Positions 27,901 through 43,200 of a DNA stretch of 64,000 nucleotides are shown here, piece after piece. Below the pieces are notes generated by a model. That model was not told where the DNA came from. It worked only from the letters and a program-made list of their open reading frames with translations, and made no database searches. Position numbers and translations under genes: made by a program. Positions within the stretch are counted from its first letter, which is position 1, and every line of letters begins with the position of its first letter. The DNA comes from Felis catus. Taxonomy: Eukaryota. The stretch lies in contig NC_058383.1 of assembly GCF_018350175.1 (NCBI RefSeq), positions 17,610,001-17,674,000 on the forward strand, given 5' to 3'.

Positions 27901-30900
27901 CAGGTTCTCTCTAGCACTCAGTGCTGGGGGTACATGGCAAGGGGATGAATTATACTGGTTTAATGAATGAATTAAGTGTGTGTGTGGGGGGGAAGCACAG
28001 TAGGGAAAACAAACTAGAACTAACATTGATCTTAAGCCTTTCCCATGACCTAGACATTCCAGAACTTCAATTCAACTATGTGACAGGAACCAGCATCCCT
28101 ACTTTACATCTAGCCAACTTAGTGCTCAAGATGCAAGTTCTGGGGATGCCTGGGTGGCTCAGTCAGTTGAGTGTCAGACTCTTGATTTTGGCTCAGGTCA
28201 CGATCCCAGGGTCATGGGATCGAACCCCACATAAGGCTCCATGCTCAGCATGAAGCCCACTTAAGATTGTCTCTCTCCCTCTTGCCCCTCTCCCCTGCTC
28301 ACGTGCTCTCTCTTAAAAAAAAAAAAAAAAAGGTGTGTTCTGGAGCCAAGGAGATCCAGGCCCCAATTTCAGGTCCACTCTTTCTTGAGCAAGTCAGTTG
28401 CTCTGCCTGAGCTTCAATTTCCTAAGTTATGAAAAACAGATAACAAATACCATCTTATGATTGTTATAAGACCAAAATGCAACCCAGCAGAGACAGGCCT
28501 TAGCACAGGAACTAGAACACAGTAAGTATTGGAGACGTGAGCTGGGCCGGGAGAGGAGGTAGAGCAGGGCTTTAGCTGTGAGCCACCATCCCAGGTTGCT
28601 TTCTGCCCTCGGGCCTGGCCTCACCTTCCTTTTGTTGAGCTCCAGGGCCTGGCTGCGCAGCGTCAGCTCCTTCTCTACACCCCCGAGGCTGCCCTGCAAG
28701 GCCCGCTCTTTTTCCTCCAGCTTCTGCACGGTCAGCAGCTGGGCATCCACCTGAGGTCAGGGGTGGAGACTCAGTGCTGGGGAGCTGGTGCCTCTCCAGC
28801 TCCACCCTACAGCCTAGGGCTGCCATACCTGGGACTTGAGGCCAAGAACTTGCTCGCCCAGCTCATCCTTCTCCTCCCGCAGTAGCTTGTGAATCTGGTT
28901 GGCCTTGATCCGTTCTGACATCAACTTAAAGTTGGCATCATCCTTCTCCCGTAACTGCTGTAGCAGCCTCCCATTTTGTTCCTGCATGTCCTCAAAAGCC
29001 TGACCCGTCACATCCATCTCCGACAGCAAAGCCTCTTCTTCCTGCAGCAGGTGGACAGGGACAAGATGGAAAACGGAAGATGGACACGATGATCGTGGGC
29101 AAACCACAGGAAAAAAGGACTGACCACAGAGTGATCCCAGAGCATCTGCTAGGAGTACCCATCAAGGAGTTAAGAGTATCCCAATATTCAGAAGCAGGGG
29201 ACCACAAGGGGGTCATACCTGCTTGGTAGCACCCAACTTGCGCTGCAGGTGTTCGATCTGTTCCTCGGCTTGCCGAATGCGCCGCAGGGCGTCCTCATCA
29301 GCAATTTTCTTGCTCTCTCTTCGGTCCCTCTCCTCCAATTCCCGAATGCGGCCTCGTAGTTCATCGACCTACAGCCACCAGAAAGAAAGAGCTAGCTCTT
29401 CTCACTGCTTCCTGCTGACCTAGGGCCCTGCTCTAGTCAGAAACCCCCAGGGCAGCCTCTGTGTATGCCCCACAGGCCCTACCTGCCCTCACCTCAGCCT
29501 TGGCCTTGCGTTCGGCTGCCATGAGCTGCACCTTATCCCGCTGTTCCTTGGGTGCTGACTTGTACATGTCCAGCAGCAGCTTCATCTCCTTCTGGCTTTC
29601 CTGGGCCTTCCTGGAGAAGCACAGGAGGAAGGCTTGGTGACTGGGGCCGGAGGCCACTTTGGCAGGGGTGGAAAGGAGACAAAAACAGGGCCTCACTTGA
29701 GCTCTGCTCGGAGACCTTTAAGGAGTTCTGACTCCTTCCTCTTGGCCTCCTCCACCTTGGCCTTCTCCCGATCAGCTCTTGAGAGAGCTGAGGCTACAGA
29801 TGGGGGTCCCAGGCCAGGCCCTTCCCGCTCCCGAAGCTCCCGCTTGGGCCTGGCCTCAGGTTCTCGGCTCCGGGAGGAGGGGCCCTGGGACCCAGGAGTT
29901 AAGGCCTGGGAATCTTCCTCAGAGGGGGCCAGCTCCTCTTTCTTTGCTGAGGAGGCAGCAGTGGTGGCACCAGGCACTGAAGCCACCTCCTTTCTGCTGT
30001 CAGGGGCACTGACAGGGCCTGGCCCACCCTCTTCTTTCCCTGGGGTTGGGGCACTGAGGCCAGAGTCCTCTGGGTGGCCCAGGTTCGGAATGGAGTGGGT
30101 TGAGCCACTGGCCTGGGCCCGGAGCTGCAAAGATAAAGAACAGGGCTGAGGTGAGACAGTGCTTACTGGGGTCTAGCCAAGGCTTTTCCGAGGCATCCCC
30201 TTCCTCACCTTGCCAATCTCAGCCTGCACTTCCCGCAGCTTCCGCTTGTATCGCTGGGCATCCCCCTTTAGCTGGTGGTTGTGGTTTTGGAGGCTGCTGA
30301 TCAGGTGGCGCATCTCACGGTTGATGGGCCCTGGGGGAGGGTTGGAAAGTAAGGGGTTAGACTGGCCTCTGGGCTAAGAGCCCAACTCCTCAGCGGTGGG
30401 AGAAGGGGAGCCAAAGCCATCACTCCCATTGTGAAGGAGAGGGAAACTGAGGCCCTGTACGGAGTGTGACCTTATCAAAGTAATAACCTAGGCTTAGAAG
30501 AAAACTCTCGAACCTCCTGCTTATGTTATTTCTGTTAATGTAGACTTTTTTTGGTATTTCCAAATTTCCTTCAAAGAAGCACACGACTGTAACATTCATC
30601 GAAGTAAATTAGTCCGATTCTTTCATATTTTTAAATAGATGTCATCTTCTGAGTTTCATTTCTCTGACCTCCCCATCCAAAACCACAATCTTCTAACACT
30701 TCACATCTTTCTCCCCTGCTTTATTTCTCTTGATATATTTGCCACTATCTAACATACACCTTCTATTTTTTACTTTGTTGTCTTTCCCCACTACGCTACT
30801 AGGCCACAATAGCAAAGATGCTTTGAATTTTGTTTACTAATATAATCCCAAAGCCTGGAAGAGAGCCAGATTTAATACATCCACAAATGAACAAATACCT

Positions 30901-33900
30901 CCAAGAGAGAGACACTGTAAGGCCAGAGAACCACAGACAGGGCCAACAGCTCATGTTCTGGCTGTGCCTGCTCCATCAGCCACCTCAGCTGGTTGTGACC
31001 CTCACTGTGCCCTTGAGCCAGGTGCTATGATCCCTGTTTTGGCCAGGGACAGGAGGCTCTGCAAAAGGAAGGGGCTTAACCCCTTGCATCTGGATAAGCA
31101 GTAGCCCCCCACCAGGGACCAGCAATCCCAGATAAGGCCCCACCTCCACCCCGTCTTCACCACATACCCGCCTGCTCGTTGGCCGCCAGGTTCTGTTCAA
31201 ACTCGATGCGCAGCATCTCGTACTCCTTGCGTACCTGGGCCAGCGTGTCCTCCAGCTGGATAACCTCTGTGCGCAGCTTTTTCTGTAGCCCCAGCTCATC
31301 GCTCTGTAGGTTGAGGTGTTAAGGACCCACACAACACTTTAGCCCCTGGCAAACCCCTCTCTTCTTCCCCCCCACCTCAGGCCCCAGTGGCTTAGGAAGA
31401 ATTTATTCCCAAGGGATCCCTGGTAGCACACAAGGCCTCCAAAGGCCCTGACCCTAAGGTCTGTTCCAGGGCCATACCTCCATGTGCTCAATGTGTCTCA
31501 GGTGGGAATTCTTGGTAGCCAGCAGCAGCCCCCGGGCCTCATCAAGCTGGGTCTTCACTTGCAGAGACTCATTATAGAGCAGTGAGAACTGGGCCTGCAA
31601 CATCCGGTACTCCCCCGTTTCCCGCACCACCTCCTCAGGAAGGCTCCGCAGGGCTACCTAGGAGCAAGGTGCCCAAAAGTGATCAGCAGGAGGATTCAGG
31701 GCCCAGCAACTACCTGGCAGGCTCAGGCCCTACCAGGCCTAATACAGCCCACCTTGAGGCGCTCATTGGTCCGCACAGCCCCCTGAAGCTCGGCCTGTAG
31801 CTTCTCCAGCTCTGCCATCCGGCTGTTGGCCAATTCCTGGTTTTCTTCCAACTCTGCATTCAGCATCTCAAACTGTGGAGCGGGAGGGACTATGGTAGGT
31901 AGGGCCAGGCCAGAATGCATGCTTCCCTCCCATCCCTACCACACGGGGACAATGATGGATTCTGAAGCCCTAAGGACAGGCCAAGCCCAAGCACTTTCCT
32001 AAGGGCTCCCAGGTAAGTGGGAGAAAATACTGCACGGTCAGTGCTGGCAACCAAGGCTGACAGGGAGTCAGGGAAGCCTTCCTGAAACACCTGAAGAAAA
32101 AGCTGAAATAAAGAGTTCACAGGAAACAGTGACCCTCACAGCACCACAAAATAGTGCAACGACCAAGAAGTCATAGAGCCCGCTCAGTGAGGCCCTTCTT
32201 CAGCTACCCAGCTAAGAACGCCAGTCAGCTCCAACATATTTCCATTGGTCTCTTTTCTATGCTTTTTCTTTGAAGCACTTATTGCCACCTTATGTACTAG
32301 GTACTTATTTGCTCCCTCAACCAGAACCCAAACTCCAAAAAACCTCTGATTTCTGTCTATATTGTCCTCTGATATGCCTGCTTCCGAGCAGTCCCTACCA
32401 TTTAGCATTCAACAGTATTTACTGAATATGTAAATGAATGAGACAAAGCAGCATAAGTACAGGCAAGGGCCTCAGAGACCATGTGGGTGGTCTGTCCTTA
32501 ATTCTGAGGGAACGTTCATGGGTAAGGTAGATAAAAGGTTACGGGAGGGGCTGCCAAGAATGGCGGCTGCTCACCTTCTGCATGCTGAGTGTGATCTGGC
32601 CCCCCTGGAAACCTGAGGAGCTCCCAGACACATAGTAGCCAGAGTTGAGCTGTGGAGAGACAGATAGATGGGAGTGGAGGAGAGAAGCAAGACTCCAAGT
32701 ATTTAGCCCGGGCTCCATCTGACCCAGCACCCTAGCCCCACCTGCTCCAAGGCCTCCGCCAGGTGCTTATTGAGCTTCTGCTCACGCTTGCGCAGCTTCT
32801 CGATGTCCCACTGCAGGTCCTCCACCGTCGTCTCCATCTCTAGCACCTTGGTCTCTGCTGACGTCACTTTATCCTGGAGCTCAGAATACTAGACAATGAT
32901 AGGGAAGATGCTTAGAGCAAGGGACTTGGCTCCCTGAGAACCTGGGTGCCCATCTAACCCAAATCCTGCCCCGGTTTTAATCCCACCTCCAATGAGATGC
33001 GGTGGTGCTTCTCCTGTAGCTGGGTGGCCAAGTCCTGCAGTCGCCGGTTCTCACGACCCAGCTCCCGGGTGCGCGCCCGAGCCACCTCACTGGGGGGCTC
33101 GCTGTCCCCTGGGAAGGCAGGGCTCGGGTAAGAGCGAAGTCCAAGGCAATGGGGCAAAGTACTAACTCATTCTGTGAGTGCCCATGTGATCCACCAGCTG
33201 TCTTGCCAATCTCTCATGACAAAGCCAGGAGTCTTTATCCCCACTGTACAAAGGAGGAAACCAGCTCAGAGAAGAGAGCCATTTACTGAGAACGCCCAGG
33301 CTAGAACAACAGGACTAGGGCTGGGAGAAGCCTGTCAACCTGCAAAGCCAAGGCACTTGCTACTATGCCTTGCGGATCAACAACTGCCACCAAAATTTGC
33401 GCAAAGTGTTCCAAAGAGGTCTCCAGCTGGAAGACAGGGGCCCCATAAGCATCGACAACTCCTCCCACCCATCTCTCTAGAGTTCAACCCCAGGAATCAG
33501 AGCCAGGGCCCCATCTACAACCCACCCCTTTCCCTGAGAACGTGGCTGATTTATTCCTTGGAGAATTATGGCTGCCTCTGGGCTTGGGGCATTGAGGGGA
33601 TACAATCAAGATGCAAATGGGGGTAGACACCCATGCGATGGGGAAGGAAGAACCAACCTCGGCTATATACTCGCTGACAGAGTTCCTCCACCCGGCGTTG
33701 TAGGCGGTCTGAGGCCTCTACGACCCGGGACACAGCTGCCTTGGAGAACTCCATCCGGCCCTGCAGCTGGAGCTCCACCTCCTCACTGCTGCTGGCGCCC
33801 AGTGCTACCACAAAAGCCAAGGCTGGCTCACTGAGCGGGGGCCGCGGCTGCACCGGCAGAGGCTCTGCGAGGGATGGACAGACCTTTGTGAGGATAACAG

Positions 33901-34366
33901 CAGCAATTACCACCACTCCATACGATGTTCCAGCCTGAGCCCTTCACTCTACGGCTCACTGAATCGACACACACAATGTCTGTAATACACTGGTATCCCC
34001 ATCCTCAAAGTGATACAACTTTATTTCAGGGAGATAACTTACTCAAGGCCACAGAGCTCCCAAATCACTCTTCAGGGAAGCCTTCTCCATCTAAATTAGA
34101 ACCACACACATGTGTGCATACACTGATTCCCTCTCAAGGGCCCCTGTGCTTTTTACTCATGGCTTAAAATCACTTCCTCCCTGAGGTCAGGGCCAACGTT
34201 TCTTCCTGTCTTTGTTTCTTCTGAGGCTGTACCAGTACTCAATGTTAATAGTTTTCAACTAAATGAGTGTCAAACATGACACGCACTATGAACCAAGTCA
34301 CTCAGATTCCAAAGCCCGGGGCCTGGGGTCTTATCCACTGCACTTTTGCCACCCAAACATGAAATC

Positions 34367-34415
<49 letters not shown>

Positions 34416-35510
34416 TGAGAAGACCGGTGGGAAATTCGAGAGACTAATATAAAAGTCCCCTCCATTCCAGGACCTTTCTTAGCTTAATTAAGCTCCCCAG
34501 ATCCTAGGGCTCCGGTCCTACCCCTCAGCTCCGATGTCCCTGGCTCTGTGACAGGGGTCTCATCACGTGTCAGTCCCTCCTGGGTCCCAGGCGCCTCTGT
34601 CCCTGAAGACAGCTCCCCCTGGCTCTCATGGTGTCGGAGAAGGGCTTCCACGGTTTCATCCAGCTGAAGGGAGAAAGCACCAAAAATGTTACAAATCCCT
34701 CAGGTGCTTCCCAGCATGATACCCCTTTTCCCAGCAGAGGAGTCTGAGGATTGGCAGCAGGATCAAGGCCAGGTCTTGGAAAGCAGAGGGGCGTCCACCT
34801 GGGCCCAGTAGCGATTGACAATGAGAAGTGTGGCATCGTCTGTGGCCTGCCGCTTCTCCAGCTTCTCAATTCGTTCTCGGAGTTCATCTTCGCAAGCCTG
34901 TCGCTGTTCCAACCGCTCTGCTAGTTTCTTGTTCTTGAACTGCAGAACCTTCAGGTCCATCTCCTCCTACCAAGGAAAACAAAGGGGCCAAGGAGAGGAT
35001 CAAGCAGGGCCCAAGAAACCAATCACAGAGAGAAACAAAGGAGAGCAACTGGAATGGAGAAGAGAAAATCCCCAGACTAACCGCTAACAGGATTTAAAGA
35101 GGCTCAGACACCCACAGAGCAAGCATCTTGGTTGTGAGTTCTGCTACTACCTCTTTCTAACTCTCAAATCTTTGACAAGTCATATGCCCCCTGGGAACAT
35201 GTTTCCCTTATCTGTAAAAGGAAGGCAAAAATCGTGTCCTCCGTTTCCTTCAACAGTGTCTTCTGTAAAGTGAACCGTCCCAAGCTTGGGCAACTGGGAG
35301 TAAAATTCTGGATGATTTGGACGGAAAACAGAGATGGGAGTCTGGCAAGTTGTGAGGACTGGGGCAGGAGCCACGAACCGTGGAAGAGATGCCCCCAAGA
35401 CGAATGGGCTCTATGAGCGTGGTTGTGGTCTTCTCTTCACGGCTCAGCTTCTTCTCTGGGGGCCCTGAGCCCCCGTCGCCGGCGGCGCGTTTGTTGCCGG
35501 GTCCAGACAT
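24992..35510 (-). CDS. RNF40: E3 ubiquitin ligase BRE1B (H2B K120 monoubiquitination), 1001 aa; coding exons 35379-35510, 34799-34966, 34522-34663, 33658-33864, 32987-33108, 32742-32888, 32575-32649, 31753-31872, 31478-31657, 31168-31303, 30209-30330, 29697-30124, 29493-29610, 29219-29368, 28829-29041, 28625-28750, 27275-27415, 27063-27164, 24992-25168
   Basis: Starts [21 protein letters not shown], followed by long coiled-coil exons and a C-terminal RING ([39 protein letters not shown]). All 18 introns are GT-AG with consistent phases; exons sum to 3006 nt = 1001 aa + TGA. Confidence 0.97.
26200..26760. mobile_element. Degenerate L2-like fragment in the last RNF40 intron
   Basis: Pyrimidine-rich L2-like phrases (ctccctctccctcac...aatcaatccatc...ttctgcctcctaaatatctc); assigned by eye. 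Confidence 0.5.
28142..28332 (+). mobile_element. Can-SINE in an RNF40 intron
   Basis: ggggatgcctgggtggctcagtcagttgagtgtcagactcttg... with an A-tail. Confidence 0.85.
34369..34410. repeat. (GT)21 microsatellite in an RNF40 intron
   Basis: Uninterrupted dinucleotide run counted directly. Confidence 0.95.
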
Positions 35511-36264
35511 GGCCGCGGAGACGAAGAGCGGCGCAGGGTCTCCCGAGGGACGTCGGGCAGGCGTGGGTGGCACTTCTGTCACCTGCAGAAGACAGAGAGC
35601 ATAGATGTGGAGGCTGCCAGGGTTCCGCAGCCCCAAGCACCCCCGCACACACCTGCTGGATCTCGCCCCCGCCAGCCCCGGGCCCCTCACCTGCAGCAGG
35701 ATCAGCCTAGCGCCATCTTGGACTTCACCGGACGTCACCGGCCTCTTCAGCCCAGAGCGCAAGCGCCGCAGGCAATGCCGGATGTGGCGAAACTTCATTT
35801 CCTGTTTCTATTGGTCGCGCTTTGTCCCACCTCTAGGGTCCCGTTTGGTTTCTTTCTGAACACCTCCTCTTTCTCTCGGTGATTGGCCAGTAAACAGTTC
35901 CCGTGGCAACTGACACCGCACTTACATTCCCTAGTCCTAAGGGCATCGCCCTCAGGTCAGCCACTTTGAAGGGAGGGCGCGGGGGCGGGGCTTGAAACTT
36001 ATTGCGCATGCGCATTCTCTTCTTACTGATTGGCGAGCGCCCTACACTTCCTCCCTCCCTCCACGAGCTCCCTTAGCAACGGTCGCCGTTGAAACGGAGG
36101 GAGACGCCCCCTGCGGATTGGCTGCACCCGGTCTTTCTACGGCGTCGATTGGCTGAGGCGTCGCTAGAGGGCCAGGCCTTGGCAGTCGCTGCCCGAGAAC
36201 CGGCGTTCCCAGGACCTGGGCGGGACAGAGCCAGTGGTGACCCACGGCAAAGAGGAGCGACGAG

Positions 36265-39805
<3,541 letters not shown>

Positions 39806-40202
39806 CCCCCAGCATTTTCCCCAATAAAGGCCTGGGGCAGAGCAGCCCCATCCCCGCCCCCCCACCCCTCCTGAGCACCTTCTGGGCTTCCCCGCTGAAG
39901 CCAGACAGCAGACATAGGGCACTGGCTCTCTCGGGCGTGCAGCAGATTTTATTGCAGGTGCAGCACAGGCAGCATTGACAAGGCTAGGCATGGTGTTGCG
40001 AGCAGCAGTGCCCTTCCACCTTAGCTCTGATCCCAAAGCCCTGGCTGGTGGGGACAGGTGTACAGGGCTGGTCTTTATGGTCATATATCAGTGGCGGCAT
40101 GGCCAGGCAGGGGGGCCTGAGGCCAGAGCCCGTAAGGGCTGGAATGATAAAAATCCTCCTCCGGGAGAGTCCTGCTTTCTGGGGTTCCCCTGGGCTGAGG
40201 TG

Positions 40203-43200
40203 CTAGCCCAGTGCCAGCATGGTGTCGTCCTCGGTGATAGCAGCAGAGTCCCCCTCTTCTTCAGGGCCCATGATGGGAAAAGGCCCAGGGGGCTGGTGCT
40301 GGAAGAGGGCTGCTCGGTTTTGTTGCTCACCCTTCTTCACCCAGTGCCCATAGAGCCGGAAGGCACAGTTGTCGATGAGGCGCCGCACCGGCCGCAGCGC
40401 GTAAGGGTCCCTCAACAGTGCACTCTTGGTCAGCGGCCGGACACGCTGGGTGCTTAAGGCCACTCGTCCAGCAGCCAGCACTGTCCACACTGCCACCTGG
40501 GAAGGAGAGGCAATGTGAGCTCCAGTGGGGCATCCACCATAGGAGAATGATCATGGGACAGAGGAACAGGCCCAGATGCTGACACTCTCAGGCTTACCCG
40601 GAACCGCTGGCGGGGGGTGAGGTTCCAGGGTTGGCTGCCTTCACAGCGCTCAAAGAAGGGATGCTGGAGGGCTTGCTCAGCTGTCAGGCGCTCCTCAGGA
40701 TCTACCTGTAGCAGCTTTGAGATCTAGGGGAAACCCCAGAGCATGAGAGGCAGCTCTTGGGCCTCCTTCCTCACCCTCTCATGGCCCCAGCTCACCAGGT
40801 CTTTGACGGTGTCCGAACGGTCATCCCACTCAGGTGAACTAAACTGGTACTGGCCCTCCATGATCATGCGTAACATCAGGATCTGGCGTCGGTGCCAGAA
40901 TGGTGGCGAGCCAGCCAGGAGTGTAAACAAAATCACCCCACAGGCCCAGCTGGGAAAGAGACCAGAGTCAGGCAGGGCTAGGCAAATGTGTTGAAGGACA
41001 AGACACAAAGGAGAAAAGAAGGGGGGGGAGACCATAAACTCACAGGTCGACCTCCTTGCCATAGCCGGGGTGGGTTTCATCCATGGAGCATTTAAGGATC
41101 TCTGGTGCTAGGTACCCTGGGGTCCCACACAACTCTGGGGAGAGAGAGCTGAGATTGATGGATGCCACCAGACCCCTAACTCAAGGGCCTGTTCAAGGGT
41201 CCCTAACTCCAGACCTCTGCTGGAGCCTCAACGCTGCCAGGACCATAAGCGTTCGCATTCTGCTCCTGCCTGCCCTCCACTGAGGGCAGTACTAGACCCT
41301 AACCTTGCTGCATAACCCAAATACCCACCAAGGTTCCTGGTGGCCTTCCTGGGGAAAACCTCATTTTTGGATGGACTTCAAAGTCTTCCCCAAGCATATC
41401 ATTTGCCACCTGCAACCCAACCTACCCACTCCTTACACAACTTTGTGCCATGTTTTTACATGTATAACATAAATGGAAAGCAAAACTTCAATCTTTTCTA
41501 CGTTCCTTTCTGCCCAAGTGGACTCCTCCTCCTATAAACTCTATTCTGTGTGGCAGAATCACCACTCAAACCAAGGAGAACGAGTGGGAATATAGGATTT
41601 CTTAAGGCACATACTGAGTAAGTCCCTTGTTTAAAACCCTTCCTTGGCTCCCCGTTGTGGTCTCGGGCTCAAGTCTAGACCCTAAAGCACAGCCCTCCAC
41701 GACTTGATCCTATTATTGATCCTATTATTTTTAGCTGCTTCTATCACTTCAGGTACCAATTCTTTCATCCCAGCAACTGCCAAACTGTATTCCATGGCAT
41801 ACTTCCAGGAAATCTTAGGCCTACCTCATTTGAAAATGACTCTCCACCCATCCCCACCCCAGATCAGGAAGCCCACTGTGAGATACATACAATGCTTTGC
41901 ACCTAGAGGATACTTGGCAAATGCTCACTGTCTTCTCCTCTTTGCTTGGTTACCTGGGTACTCAATTATCAGACCCAGCTAACCAGCCTCAGGTCTGGGT
42001 CTCCTTCCCTCCCAAGCCTTTTAGGGCACCAGGACCCCTCACCTCGAAGCTTCTCGCCAGGTTCCAAGTGGCAGGAGAACCCAAAATCTGAAAGTCGGAT
42101 CTGCATATTGTCATCTAGGAGAATATTCTCAGGCTTCAGGTCTCGGTGCACAATGTTGTTGGCATGGAGAAAGCTCACTGCTTCCAGCAGAGACCTCATG
42201 ATGGACCTGAGGGAGGTGCAGTCTCCTCCTCTGCTTCTCCCTGCCCGGCCCCACCCCGCCCCCTGCTCACCCCACCGGCCGCAGGCTCAGCCGTTACCTG
42301 GTTTCCTTTTCTGAGAGGGCCACCTTCTCTGTGAGATAGTCAAACAGCTCTCCCTTCCGCATCCTAAGGGATAGGAGGGATTGGGAGGTAGGTGTACCTT
42401 ACAAGCGGCTGAGAAAATAAGCCAGTGGCTCACAGAAAATACCATGGAAGAGGCCAGTAAAGAGATTCCTCTTAGACAAACAAAGGGTCTTGAGACAGAG
42501 TGCTCCAAGAGTGAACTGGATGCCCGGGGCAGCTTGGCCCAGGGGATTGGTAGTTGAAATATATGCACTGTGCCATGAGAGGGTTATTTTAGCAAGAATA
42601 AGTACCTTCTTGCAACAATTATTTTATAGGAGGTCCTTATTATGTAAGAGTAAACTCGAAGAAGACCTTTTAAAGTGAATCTAGACCATGACCAAAATTT
42701 TACAGTTAACAGTAGTAAAAAGTTGAATAGGACTTTATTTTGAATTTTGCTTATTTTATATTATCTTTAAAAATTGAGGTTATTAACTGCAACTCTGCAT
42801 CAGTCCTTGAAATCCGGAGTTGACTGGGGGCATATCAGTGTTTTGCAACATTGTGTGATGAGGTAACAGACACTTCCTACCTCCCCCCCCCCCCCCCCCC
42901 CCCCCCGGCCAACTTTTGCAGAGGGTCATTTCTGTATGAAGACTTTGTGAATTTTTTCCAAGGGTCTCTCTTAAATATTTGCTATTTAAACCATTCTCTT
43001 TTGAGGTACCTTTGCACTGCTTTACATTATATTTTCTAACATCTCACACTCAGATTCAGACTACCCAGAAAACGAATTGACGGGCAGAGTCAAACACCAT
43101 GTAAGGTGGTAGGGTGTTAAACAGCGAGAGACAGATGAGCAAGAACCTGCTGATAAGTGGCCAGCTCTTAAAACAGCCTTTTCTTCCCTGCTAACCTTTC

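Noticed and set aside
35373..35378. Weak RNF40 donor GTTCGT suggesting a splice defect
   Set aside because: GT is intact and the exon phase and total length give a full 1001-aa protein.
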